Source: Catajapyx aquilonaris
Lineage: Eukaryota
Assembly: GCA_000934665.2 (NCBI GenBank)
Contig: JYFJ02000747.1
Location: 62,001 to 110,265, forward strand
Length of the DNA stretch: 48,265 nucleotides
Reading direction: 5' to 3'
In this document: positions 24,516 through 37,713 of the stretch, piece by piece
Position numbering within the stretch: the stretch's first letter is position 1
How the letters are laid out: each line of letters begins with the position of its first letter
The notes under the pieces: generated by a model
What the model saw: only the letters and a program-made list of their open reading frames with translations
Databases searched by the model: none
Told to the model about the DNA's origin: nothing
Translations under genes and position numbers: made by a program

Positions 24516-27242
24516 TGTAAAAATGTCGACCCCCAAATTGATATTTCAAGATAAATTGTCAGTAGAGTTAACATATATAATTTTCTTTGTTTATATACAC
24601 TATAAACAGCACATCATTATCCATGCAAAATCTAGCTTTAAAACCCTGAACAATCGCTCCTAAATTCACGTGCTAGACACACTCGCTCCTTTGCATATTC
24701 ATTAGCCCATTTGATTGTGCACCGTCATAACTATGTCTCATTATGACCCTCTTCAGCATCATTGTTGCTGAGCACCCCCCCCCCCCCTGAAAAACTGCCT
24801 TGCACATTTTCCTGCCATTAACGCACTCTGGAGGACCTGATGAAGATGCAAGTAATGTCTGCGGCTAATTAGAGGTTGTGCTGGCAGGATTTTACACGCG
24901 GAGTTCACCCCAAGCAATCAACCGCGGGCCTTCTCATTATGTGGTCCTAGTACTAACTAACCTGTTTGCTGCCGCATGCAGAGGGATTTATCGTGATAGA
25001 AATTCCAGCGACTGGTATAATGAACTCTTGATCCGGGAGTCGAATCGCGATCAAGGATTTTCAGTGACGCGGCCAAATAATATTCAATTTGGCTAATTCC
25101 AACCCATGTTGACGATTAAAGGTTGTTTGCAGCGGTTCACTTTGGCTAGTTTTAATTACAAAAGCATTCAAAGTGAATGAGGTCCGGTGCAATTTCTGCA
25201 ATTGGCTACCTTCGAATGTAATCACAAATAGCGGTTGTGTAAACAAAGGGAATAACGAATATTTATTGGCTATAGCGATTGAAACTGAAAGCATAGCAGT
25301 TAATATAGTTGATGTACAGGATGTTTCGGGCAAAACTTCAAATATTTATGCAAGTTACACTTTCGTACAATAATGATTTTTTATAGCGAAAACTTTAAGC
25401 ACATTTCTGTGTCCAGTGAGTTCAGTCAGTGACCTCCGTACCGTATGATTCTGACCGATTGTACCTATATTGATTTTGTCATTAATACATCACCATTTCC
25501 ATTGGAATGATGCTGATTTCTCTACGGGTAACATCAAATGGGACACGAATAAAATATTTACACTGTCCTACACTACTGGATAATTAAACCTAATTGTGCT
25601 GGGATTTCAAACGCAGTTTATTCACTTAAAAAATTAATAAACACAACACCCACTAGATTAAATCCCTGGAGAGACGCACCCACGTGTACATATGACACGT
25701 GTCGCAACATCTTTCAAAAGGAAATCCTCTAACTCACGATTTAGTATGGAAATTGTACGGAGTGTGGACCGGCTTTAACAAGGTTGGGCTTCGCATCTCC
25801 GGAGCCGACTGACTCCGGAAAAGCCAATTATGCCTCTCTGATGTTTCCGGACCATCCTTAGGCTCCCCACCCGAGCATTTCAGAGTCCCATTTCCAGGGT
25901 GGGCTGTCATTCACCTGCATAAAGCCCTGGGCCGTTAGCAGCTGATGCACTGACAGCTAAGGGATCACGGGGAGAACACTCCCGACCTCCCGGATTTTGC
26001 ATGTGTCCCGAACAGGCCTCCTCATGACTTAGTTATAAGGCTTTTGCAATGGACACTTACACCGCCTCAATGCTGTACTGTCCTGCTTGGCTGGAGAACC
26101 AGCAATATTAGAGAGTATTGGCATAGAAAATGCGACTATGTACACGACCATGTTTGCAGTAGAACAGAGAGTTTGTCCTGTTGTAACTGTGTCAAAGAGC
26201 GAGTGTCAGGTTGGAAGTGCGCAGTGTCAACATCGCTTCTTAGTGATGCTTTGAGAGAAATGTGGTTAATTTGCATGGAAGGAAGCATGCTCCAATTAAC
26301 ACTAGAACAATAATTGCAGATTGAAGGTCTCTCTCACGTTAACGACACTAAACTAGACACTATAGCACAGAGAAACTTTCTTGTCTATATGCAGAAGCAG
26401 TAACGACATGATGGACCGTTTACATGCGGCCGTTACAAGTGCGCGACGGGCCGCGCCAAGCAACTGCTCCTGTAAATTTGCCAGTAATAAAAATTAAAGC
26501 CAATTTAACGGCTAGTGACGTACTATTACAAGGCAGTGTGATCTAAACACTACTTCACGCCTGCTGGTAGTCAAACACATTTCAAATATTCCGTTTGTGC
26601 AGTTACAACTTACCACATTAAAGCACACCCCATAATTTACCCCCGGTTGCGCTTCCATAACTTATCAGGGATCCACAGCTGCAGCACAGGCATGACTAAT
26701 GACCCCTAAATGAAATGCGACGTGCCTCCAAAATGCATGCCCATTCTGGCAGCCCACAAGGAGAGCCAATCAGTAGCAGCCAAAAAGAAACTATTTCGAA
26801 ATCTGACGACTCATCGCACGTAGGGGCGGGTATTGGGTAGAGCTGAGCGGATTCTGTACGACTGACTGGGTCACAGGCCCCGCAGGTAATCATTCCCCTA
26901 ATTTACTCAATCTCAAAAAGCGATCGTCCATTGCGGGACCCCTACCGGAATGAAAACGAATTAACACTGAAACGCACCGCACCGATCAAAGCTCTATTCT
27001 TTTTTTCCTCCAATTTATTCAAGCACGGATGTGATAGCATGACCCTCTATAGACTTTTTTTACAGAATTTTTTGGTGGGTCGTACGTGACTTTACTAATT
27101 ATATCTCAGAATGAATGTTCCCGATTTTAAAATCACGACCTGATTTTCAATGCAAATATCTGCACCAGCTTGTTTCGCTATTTTTGTGGCAGATGACCTC
27201 AGAAGAATCTAGCCTCAACCTAGGACATCGTATGGTTACAAA

Positions 27243-27616
27243 CATGGTCTTAGAATACTCAGGTCTGGTCACTCCCACTTATCGCCTGCCGGGGCGTTTT
27301 TGCATGAGGTGCTCCCTTGAGAGCGCAATGAGACAGCTTTCACTGCTGTAATATGTGGCGACCCTACCGGACCACGCTGAACTTAGGTAGACGGGAAGCC
27401 GCTACATGCGGGCCCAACATGGCGACCATGTTGGGTCCCCCAATGTAGCGCTTCCCTTTGGTACTGTACCTTAAAGTTCAGCGCGGTCCGGTAGGGTCGC
27501 CACATAATAGAGCAATGAAAGCTGTCTCATGATGCTGGCGTTCTCAAGTGAGCATCTCATGCAAAACGCCCCGGCAGGCGATAAGATAAGACTATAGGGG
27601 TAGTGTCCGTGGGCTG
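27243..27616 (+). mobile_element. Fold-back transposon family A, copy 2 (374 bp)
   Basis: 8-bp TSD gttacaaa (27235-42 / 27617-24). Same termini and interior as copy 1. Confidence 0.92.
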
Positions 27617-30600
27617 GTTACAAACAACTTAGCCTCCCCCTGCCTTCTACGCCATCTACTGGTTACCTGCAGCTCCATCTACTGGTATAAATTTCAGTCC
27701 ACCTTTCCAGGGCAATTCTGTACAGTGAACCGAACCAACATGCGACTAAAGATGATAAATGCTCGACATCTCTTGACCCTAGCAGATTTACAAGAGATCC
27801 TGTGCAAACCTCGTTGATTAATGGCGAGGTCAGAAAGGGTTTTTCTCAGCTGAATAAGCGGCTAAACTTTCCAGCAAGCTTGCGAACCTTTGCAAGATAC
27901 CCAGACATTACTGCCTATGAAATATTATGGGAATTGAGTGTATAGAGAGGCTTTAGGGTGGATATTCACACGGTCTTTATGTCACGGGGCTTTGCAGGAC
28001 CACGAATTTTGGGCGACCGGTGTGGATATCGATGTGTCATCGTGTCATTTAGTGGATGTCAAAATCGATGGAATAAACCAGGGCAATATTATAATGTTAG
28101 TTGATGTGGCCGGATGTACACAATACATGTTTTTGTGTGTTTGTAGACTGGCGGAAAGTCGGTTGTTGTCAAAACCCGGACTAGAACTATCCGGATGCCT
28201 GACCACTAATCATACTCGTGTGTAGAGAGACCATAAATCATGGTTCATCATTCGGACCAAAAAAAAACATCATGATTTATGAGTTATCAAGTATTGTAAT
28301 TAAGCATGCAATTTCCGAATGCCAATGGGGAGTGAAAAGAGTGGAAATTGCTTTCATGAGTCTCTTTAATTGTTGACAACCACAATGCAGGGTGTGGCTT
28401 GCATATATTATTGCGGACAAGATGAATGTCACCAGATGCGCTAGCAGCGCGACATAAACACAATCTCTGACCTAACATTGCAATTATTAAGACGAATTGT
28501 TCATTAAAAAAATTTCAATCATTGAAATAATGCACCACAGTCATATGCTTATAATAATTTTCCATCCTATTCAAGCACCTCTCTGATTAATATTCTTAAC
28601 CCTCCCATTAATAGTTATTGCCATTCTATTCCAGGGCACTTTGCAGCATTGCGTTTTCCTCCGCCGCAATTTCCGACCACCTTAAGTACCTCCGCACGGA
28701 ATTCCATGCAAAACTTATCGCCTCCACACCCCCAGTCCCCTCCTCAAAGTGCCAAAGTTAAGGAGCCCATAATAGCCCAGTGACCTCTCACTCGCACCCT
28801 ACAAACTCTCGTAAAAACATTGGCAAAACTTTTAAACAGTGCGAAAAAAAACTCTTAATTATTCTAGGACGACAGTTTTAGTGTCCAAACGTCATATTTC
28901 ATAGCCTCCTGTCCTAACCAAGCACCTCACCAATTATGAGGCTAATTACTCAGTCTGATCGTATTTTCTAACCCTCTTCTGGGATAGGTCGAGGATAGTT
29001 TGCCAATTCGTTTGGAAAGGACTTGGAATGTCTGGTTGGAGAGAGATAAAACCTATATGCGGTAGAATTTATAGACTTTGATTGAGATGGGGTTTGACGA
29101 GGCGGAGAGAATTAGCGCACCTTTCCACCACAGATTCCACCCCTTTTTTTCTTCAGAGTTCAAGAACCTAGATTTCGGGAAAGTTTCCAAGATTTGAGAG
29201 GTTTATTTTTGGGGAACCGGCCGGCCTCGACAGGGTGCAACCCTGGGTCTAATATCGAGCGTGATTGAAACCTTTTTCGGGAACCAAACTTGGATGGCTA
29301 ATTGCAAACTGGGCTGATATTAAAGCTAGCCTTAAAATTTTGACCAATTAAAGGGGGCGGTCGAGACAAAGTAACATGGCACAAACAAACCGAGCTCTTC
29401 AGTATACCCTAGTCCCTTTGACTTTTGCCAGCAAAGTTTACGCCCGTCTTCAAAGAAGCAGTAGAGTGTGTGCTTTGTCGAAGAGAATGGGCGTGGTTTG
29501 GTGAAGGGGGGGAAAGGGGGGGAAAGTGGCGTCCCCCACCTTGCACCACCCCTCCCCCCCAGCTTTGCACTACCCCCACCAGAGCAATCGGCTTGGACGA
29601 GACTCAACGACATTTCTAGACAGGTTGTCCCACCAATGAAAAAGGAGGCTACCTCAATGTTTGCTCTGAGATTTTGGGATGTTGTTGTGAGACTCAGCGC
29701 TTTTGGTCGGTTTGAGACCGATTTTATGACCGTTGTTGTGAATCAAGTGGGGCAGGAGTACTAGTCATCGAATTAGTATGGTGACGTAACAGCCATATTA
29801 TTAATGCTGGTTGACTATTATTAATTATGCATTTGATATTTACAAACAAAGTAATTTAGATTATATTAGTGGTGTAATTGCATGATGTCATATGCAATAT
29901 TATCTGTGTACGTCGGATAACATAATGATTTACAGTGATATGAAATCATAATCATGTGATATAATAATGCAATGTAGCTTCAGCATTACTCATTATTCTA
30001 AGTAACATTGTTGTAAGGCTAGGTAGGCATAATGTGCCCGGTTAATAAAACCAAAATGTAAACTAAACTGCTAAGTAAATATACGGTACAACATGGTTTG
30101 CATGTTGAAATGGCTACAGTATTATTCGGAGAGGAAAGACAACAAACGTGACACATCTGCGTGACGGATCACTTCTGAACTAACTGTCGCATACGTACAC
30201 GTTATGAGCATATTAATCAAATTATGTTGACTCAATATTTGCACTCTTCACGCACCCTTCCTTCTAAATACACAGATCTAATTCCTGTACTTGATGACTC
30301 TTCAGTCACGAACTCGCACATGCAAGGTAGAATATGTGAACATAGCTATACGGTATGTTTGCAAGAGTTGAAACAATAGACTACAAACTACATGTTTACA
30401 ATTAACATTTGGTGCCACTATTTTTGAACGGAAGTAGTTACACCATGCATACGTAATTCAGTAATATGTATAATTAATTAGAACCTGTATTTATTTCGAG
30501 TCTTATTAAACGCATTTTTTTGGCTTCAAACAATAAACTAGCAGCTATTCCAAATGTTGTGAGTTCGCATAATACAAACGTGGCCTGATTCTGTCCACCA

Positions 30601-31478
30601 ACCTAATCAAATTTCAGCAAAAAATTGCAATCAAGGCCCAAAGTTTGTTCATTTCAATTAGCTTACCAACACCAGTTTATGAATCCGAAACACCCCAATA
30701 TCAAAACGCAATTTTAAATTTTTCACGAATTTAATTGTCCTAATTTTTTAGCTCAAAATGTCTCTTTCCAGCCTGTACCTACAAGCAGCGTGCAAGAAAT
30801 CATAATTCCTGCCAGTGTTTATCACCATCTCCAGAAATGCAGCAACAATGCAAAACGCGAAATGACAAGGTCCGGAAGGTCCCTCGCAGCCTGGTCCATG
30901 CTACATCACAGTTGTGCGACGCGTAATTAGTGCTCTAACAGGTTTCAAGCCCACCAGGAGTCTGATGAGCTTTTTCCCCGGTGATGAACACTCCTCTGCC
31001 TGTACCTGCCGTACCTCAGTGCAGTTTGCATGTGCTTCCTCTACATCACGGGGACCCCAGCCCTGATTGAGCTCCAGGCCCCCGCAGGAAAACCCAATAA
31101 GCGGACGCGCCCTCTGCAGCTCCGTGAAACTGACAGCTTTTTGTGGCATAAAGAGCGACTAGGGTCCTCCGAAATGAGCGTTTGTTATTGAGGCCCCCTT
31201 TGAGCCTAGCTCCACAAGCTCTAGCTGCTATCGGGCCTCTTTTCACCCTGGGCTCAGCTTGTACTTTATATCGGGTTTATTAAGTCCCTAGAGATTACCC
31301 AGGCTTCTTCATGGGCACTCCGAAAGTTTTGGACCTAACTAGTAGAAGCCATGAAACTCACGCGGTGCATGATGTTCAGGCATTGTGATACCACACGCAC
31401 TAAGGAAGCGCCTACAATATTAAAATGTAAAGTAGCTGTTACTGCTACTGAAAATCGCAGTTATTTCAATGCTACTAA

Positions 31479-31771
31479 TAAGGTCGGTCGCCTCCGATTT
31501 GGTTGAAACTCGCTGGAAGGATCACTCATGTGCGATAGACACAGTGCCGAATGTCCTAGATGACACTGTCCAGCCGTTTCCGAGAAATGATCACCAAAAA
31601 ACCGAATTGTCGGGCGGGAAGGGACAAAATTTGGATGTTTCTGTCGCTCATATCTCGGAAATGGATGGACAGTGTCATCTAGGACTTTCACCACAGTGTT
31701 TATCGCACATGAGTGACCCATCAAGCGAGTTTCAACCAAATCGGAGGCGACCGAACTTGGTCGTTCCCTTG
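31479..31771. mobile_element. Fold-back MITE family B, copy 1 (left TIR partly deleted)
   Basis: Long inverted arms ggtcgcctccgatttggttgaaa... / ...tttcaaccaaatcggaggcgacc, TAA on both sides, homologous to 36205-36564. Confidence 0.8.
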
Positions 31772-34400
31772 TAAGTTGCCAGCGATTATTGGTCTTTGCA
31801 ATTGCAATGGTCGCTTCTGTTTTAAACTGTGAACACTGCTAGTGTCCTTGATGCCTTTAGCATACTATAGAACACGTTAGAATGTCTCCGCAATGCCTAT
31901 AGTCGCCTATTGATTTTTTTTTCAACTCATGGGACGACCCTCCTACATTCATCACACGAGGTGTCTGCCGTGACTACCAGAAAAGGCTAGCCACATGCAC
32001 TGTAGTCACCATCACCCATATCTTTACGGGAAAAAAACCCTCAAATGTATCCAAGACATAAATCTGGTCCCAAGTTTCCGATTGTGGCCACTCGACATTG
32101 TCCCCTTCTGAGACATTGGGTCCGAAAAAAGTCGTCGCCTACCTGGTAAGAGATTCCCTTTCGGGAAATGGGCTACATCTGTAATGAGTTGGGAACGTGC
32201 CTTAAGGGGTCGGCCGTAAAGAAGGCGTTTGTATGCCGTCGGGAGCTCCTTGAGCCTCATATGTTTCGTGAGGAATGGCTAGGGTGGAATTGAATGGCAT
32301 TCCCTCGGAGGAATACGGAAACACTCCCGATCCGGAAAACTTGGGACGCATAACGACCGCGATAGGAAGCCTCTTCTATCTCAACCCTCCAACCCAACCA
32401 CCCCCAAAATGGAGGGGGCTACCAGGAAACATCTACCGTTCTTCAAATCGAAATGGGACGCGGAGTGTGCGTTCTCTTCACTTAGGAACACCCCCTCACC
32501 CCCAGTCCCTTGATCTTCTTCGCGTTTAGGTAGAATATACCTTTAGTTTTATAGGGGAAGGTCCCCCATAAGGTGAGGATTGAGTGGGAGTTAGCCGGTT
32601 GGCTTCAACGAGGATCCGATTTGACTCGGAGCGCTACCGCACTAGAATATATCGATTCTAAAAGTCGTCAATAACCAATGGAGGTGGCAAAAAGAGAAGG
32701 TTGCGAATCCCTAACCCTGGAGGGGGTATGAATTTGCGAGTGGAGGTCGCAAGGAGGGCTAATTGGAAATTAAGTGCGATAGTATGCAAATTAAAATGGT
32801 ACGCTGTCATCATGTTCCTCAAAACTTTTTTTAAATCCTATATATTCAGACACCTCCGTTATGTCGTGCGCCGGGGGCGAAATTGTCACGGGGGCCAATA
32901 TGCCGGGGGCTAAAAGTCCGGATCCCATGTGCTGTCGGAAGGTATAGTACGGTACGGTAGTGATTTCCTTCAGTGTACAAAATATGCAACTCCCATACGC
33001 AACAAACCCTTTAAATTCAACTCTACCTCCTACTTGATCCACTTCTTCCAGACTTAGCGACTGCCAAATCTTATTACATGTCTTTAAATTGAAGTGTGGT
33101 CCTTAGAATAACTAACTTAAGCCATTTATCCCATTAAACCCTCCTGACTCGTCAGAGTCTGCTATAGGTAAACAAGGCGCAGGTCTTTCCCCTTGATCCC
33201 TAAGCCCTCTTGCATCACTTCCAAGTTTTCAAACCGGCAAACAGTCTTACATAAAAATATATAAGCGCCGCTCTATAAGCCTACCCTTTTTTTGGGGAGA
33301 TCAACTTACTTTTGTAGCATTTCCTTAGGCCCAAATTCAAAGCAACTTGCACTAAATATTCCAGTACAGCGCATTAGGCTCCCTCCAGGAGGTATATCCC
33401 GCTCCCAGGCCAGGTTTTTCTTTAAAAAAAGGGCAAAAAAGTAGCAAAAAAATATGAATAGAACTCAGGTCTACGTAACTGCGCCAAAGAATAGAGTCCT
33501 TGAGGGAGTTTCTTTCTATCACTTTTGTTCCGCAATTCTTAACTCTTTGAGGGCAACATCTCAAAAGGTCCTTTCAATACCTATAGTGGCTAATGTAGCG
33601 GAATAGCCTGGTTTTTACAGCATAATCGTCATTTTATAGTACCATACATGGTCAAAAATATTCTCTCGGTTTTAATGTACGCATATGAAGGTATATATAT
33701 AAGCCATCTAAAAAGCTGGTGGAAAATACAGCAACCAATAAGTCCGGAAGTCTGGGAATAGAATGACAAATGAAGGGAAGCTGAAATGCTCCTTTCATCC
33801 AGACTCAGTTGTGCTGAAATAATCAGTCTCTCCGTTTTCCCCCCCCTCCTCAAAATCCAGTCCGTGAAATTCTGGTTCCGCGAACACGATTCGCCAGCCC
33901 TCCATTCACGAAAGATTGCTTCTTTTCATCAATTTTAGGTGGAAACTCCCGCTTGGGCCAACAATTCAATTTACAAGCTCCATTTGTAAAAACGTCAGTT
34001 CGCACTTGCATATGCCCCCACAGTACAGTTAATCAAATCTCAAGCAGCTACTGGCTATTTCTCACTCGAAAAACGTCAATCCACGGCAGAGGTCGTCTCA
34101 CTTTCATTCCTTACTCTATTGATATCTCTATTTCGACATAGAGTGCCTCCCATGCTAGAGTGCAATAAAGCTCGAGTGGTCTCATTGCTATACTGTATCT
34201 CTAGTAATATTGCAGATGGCAATATCTTGGTCATCAAACTGCTATTTGAAGCTGTTGTCACGCTCCAATTCAGCAGCACTCAAAGTGATCAAATATTGCA
34301 CGAAACATTATGAGAGACATACAGTAGAGCTGTCTATTTTTTACTGCTTCGTATGATGCATAGTTTTCCGACTTAAAAGGCACTACTTTTTAGTTATACA

Positions 34401-34627
34401 CAGAGGTGGGCACAGCTAACTTCGATAACAGCTAACTTGCTCAGCTAAACCATGGACATCACCAAATCCTTAATGCTTAACAGCTAGAAAGGTTAGTGGA
34501 AACCCCCCCCTAATCATTCTAGCTGTTTATCATTAGCAATTTAGCGCCGCCCACGGTTTGCTAACCAAATCAGCTGTTAGCGGAAGTTAGCTGAGCTAAA
34601 AAATTTCGGTTAGCTTGCCCAGGTCTG
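34401..34627. mobile_element. hAT-like MITE (227 bp)
   Basis: TIRs cagaggtgggca / tgcccaggtctg. 8-bp TSD gttataca / gctataca (1 mismatch). Many subterminal AGCTAA(C)/GTTAGC motifs oriented toward each end. Confidence 0.8.
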
Positions 34628-35451
34628 GCTATACACAACACTTCACTGTTTACGCTCTCACACAAGAGGCCGTTTATTGTTTGCGCGACGCCCGCCGTTC
34701 TGCGCAATGGGTGAAGGCAGCGCCTCTGGTGGGTGTGATGAGGAACTTGTACTTCCTTACATAATAATTATTCGAAATTTTGATTCCGACCACTGAATTC
34801 CTTTCACTCCGGTTTATCTCGCAAGAACCAGATATTCCATTAATTTCTACATCCCCGTTACCCCCACAGTCCTCTTCAAATGTTTAAATTAAAGACGGTG
34901 CTAGAAGTCCCCCGATGGTTCCTGGAAAAGCTTAGCAAAGCCTCCTGCCTCGCCACTGATTTATACACGGCAATACCCAACTTTCCAAACGATTCATATA
35001 TTCGAATCCGGACGTTTATCGCCGTTGTAGCCGCCCAATTTCTCTGATTTGCACGTCCAGACCCACAGCTCTCTTCCAACCATTAGAAAGGATTTTCTGG
35101 GTTTGGAGGTGAAGCAACTTGGACCCCTTAAAATATAATAATAGGAGCTCGGGAAACCATCTAAAAAGTGTGATTTTGCCACATAAGTGGCCCAATCCTG
35201 CCTCGAAATATAGTTAGGTCACGGTTGACGTGGGAAAAGTAGATAATTTGGCTCGCCTGGATGACTGGACAAAAAAAAAATCTAGTAACGCGATTACTAC
35301 ATTTGTTGCACGAGTGCTGTACACACCAGCTAACTACCCTGTCAAGCATGCTTCTGTTTTGCATTTTATCGGCCAATTTAGTCAACAATTTGGTGCCGTC
35401 ATCAACACTCCTTAGGCTTGATGAGCAACCACGCAGTGGACAACATTGATT

Positions 35452-35662
35452 GGTTGTGATAAAATTTTAAAACCAGGCATGTTGTACGCCCACATGTGTT
35501 TGATATGTGGGCGTATATGCTTGTTTTTATATGTTTGTTTTCTAAATTCTGCAACCCTTGCCCATATTGTACGGCAGATCTGACACATGTAGACATGTTG
35601 CATACATATGCCAGAGGGCGTATGTAACATGCTGTCTTTAAATTTTATTTCTGCAACCCCTG
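35452..35662. mobile_element. Degenerate hAT-like MITE remnant
   Basis: ~45-bp imperfect inverted arms (ggttgtgataaaattttaaaaccaggcatgttgtacgccc vs gggcgtatgtaacatgctgtctttaaattttatttctgcaacccctg). Right end reads CAGGGGTTGCAG on the minus strand. No clear TSD. Confidence 0.45.
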
Positions 35663-36204
35663 CAGTTTAAATAGTCCCCTGCCTTTTATCACTGGCGCCT
35701 ATATGGGCGCCACATATGATGGAACGATTGGCCCCCACGAATCCTTTGTGGCAACGCGACTTTAGGATTTCCAGTAGCCCTGCCTGCCTCCATCCCGCAT
35801 CGGATCGAACCGAGTGAATAAGCCTGCAGGTCCGGGTGGTGCACAAAAGAAGAGTCGCTCTAGCCTCCCCCCCCCCCCCCCNCCCCTCACCCACACCCAT
35901 TTTTCTGCATTGGCAGGCCAGCTCGAATGCAGTCGGAAGTCGGCGATTATTCCGGTCAGGAAAAAGGAAACGGGCCACGTTCCTTCCATCAGCGCTGCCA
36001 GCCAAAGAAGGCAAACTCTAACTTGCCGCGATGCTAGGGGGCAGCACAGGAAACTGCTGCTGGGCCTGACCACAAAAGATAGGACCACAATCTGGAAGTT
36101 TTTGCATCGACTTGACCTTCCAAAAATATTCAGTGATCGGTCACCACCCAAGGTAACAAGTCCCCACTCACCGCACCGGCGGGAACCCGATCCGGGGCAA
36201 CTAA

Positions 36205-36564
36205 CAAGGGAATGATCAAGGTGGTCGCCTCCGATTTGGCTGAAATTTGCATGATGGGTCAATCATGCGCCATAAACACAGTGGTGAAATTCCTAAATTG
36301 CAATGTTCAGCCGTTTCCGAGATATGAGCGACAATGCTTCCGAATTTTGACGCGCATATAGCTAGGGTAATGGGCCCTGCACTTGTCCCTTTCCCGCCTG
36401 ACCCCTGTACGCGCGGTCAAAATTCGGGTGCGTCTGTCGCTCCTATCTCGGAAACGGCTGAACATTGCCATTTAGGACTTTCACCACTGTGTTTATGCCA
36501 CGTGATTGACCCATCATGCAAATTTCAGCCAAATCGGAGGCGACCACCCTTGGTCATTCCCTTG
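36205..36564. mobile_element. Fold-back MITE family B, copy 2 (360 bp), PIF/Harbinger- or Zator-type TWA TSD
   Basis: TIR CAAGGGAATGA...TCATTCCCTTG extending into ~150-bp inverted arms. TAA duplicated (36202-04 / 36565-67) in a cTAAg context. Confidence 0.85.
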
Positions 36565-37421
36565 TAAGTAACGCCTCACTATTCAACACCCTCTGGCGTT
36601 ACAATACTTGGATCACTAGGAGGGTACACCTCTAAAAACCGGTCATAGCAAGGTTCAGCCTAATTTAATGCCCCGGATCACTCGCTCTCTAAACTTTTCC
36701 CGCGTTTTAGATCAAGAAGGCTCGTTATAGCTTCCAAACTGCAACTAGTGCAACAGCTAATTAAATTTTAAACTGGCCCTTTCCACTCCACATTATTGAA
36801 TCATAACCTGCTGTTACACCAATAGCTTGGCCGACTTTATGATAAGAGTAGGGGGTGAGCTAGGAATCAATAGCCATGTGAATCCTATTGGGTTCTATCT
36901 GAAGGCGCCCTCTTTTTCGGTGGTGGTCCCAAGTTGGGAGATGTTTTATTCGTGTGTCGTAGAGCACCTGTCAGCAGGGTCGCGACGTCCATCCATTGCC
37001 ATGGTAGGGGACGCCCGCATCAACACAATAAAACTAAATTGGATGGTCCTGGGTCACTTGCTCCAATCGGAATGCGGGGCACTTCTAAGAATAACGACGA
37101 CTTCAAAATCACCGGTAGGGAACTGAAAATGCACACCTTGCACCTGTGCTGCCATTGTGGAAAGGCAGATCCATCCTGTAATATATGTGACAGCCGTTTA
37201 AAAAAATGGCGACTGAAAATTGAACGCGCTCAACTGGTTTTTAAATGCATGTCAATGTGGCCTGCAGCACTTTCCACTCAATTGATCACTCGGCGAGTGC
37301 TGCAAAAGGGATCTTCATTGCGTAATGAATGAGTAATGACTCACTTTGTTTCGCTCTGCTAAAATTGTCACCGGGTGTTTCGTGGACTAAACATGGCGGC
37401 GGGCCTGTGAGTGGACTAAAC

Positions 37422-37713
37422 CACCCCCCGGACACTCCCACAATCTTATCTTATCGCCTTCCGGGGCGTTTTGCATGAGGTGCTGACATGAGAGCGCCAT
37501 GAGACCTTTCACAGAGCTATTATGTGGCGACCCTACCGGACTACGCTGAACTTTATAGGTACAAAAGGGAAGCGCTACATTGGGAGACCCAACATGGTCG
37601 CCACATAATAGCTCCGTGAAATGTCTCATGACGGTCTCTGGTGAGCACCTCATACCAAACGCCTCGGCAGGCGATAAGAGCGAGTGTCCAGACCTTTGTA
37701 TTCCAAGACCATG
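37422..37713 (-). mobile_element. Fold-back transposon family A, copy 3 (292 bp, internal deletion)
   Basis: Reverse orientation. 8-bp TSD gactaaac (37414-21 / 37714-21). Ends ...ccaagaccatg on the + strand. Confidence 0.9.

Noticed and set aside
31461..31774. Similar peptides on both strands and again at 36334-36567 (DPSSEFQPNRRRP)
   Set aside because: Caused by palindromic MITE family B, not a duplicated gene.
25916..32260. Candidate first coding exons ending in phase 1 (MQNPGGREC... near 25916-26003; MRLKELPTAY... near 32143-32260)
   Set aside because: Phase-compatible with exon A, but neither encodes the hydrophobic signal peptide expected for this extracellular protein. Not supportable without transcripts.
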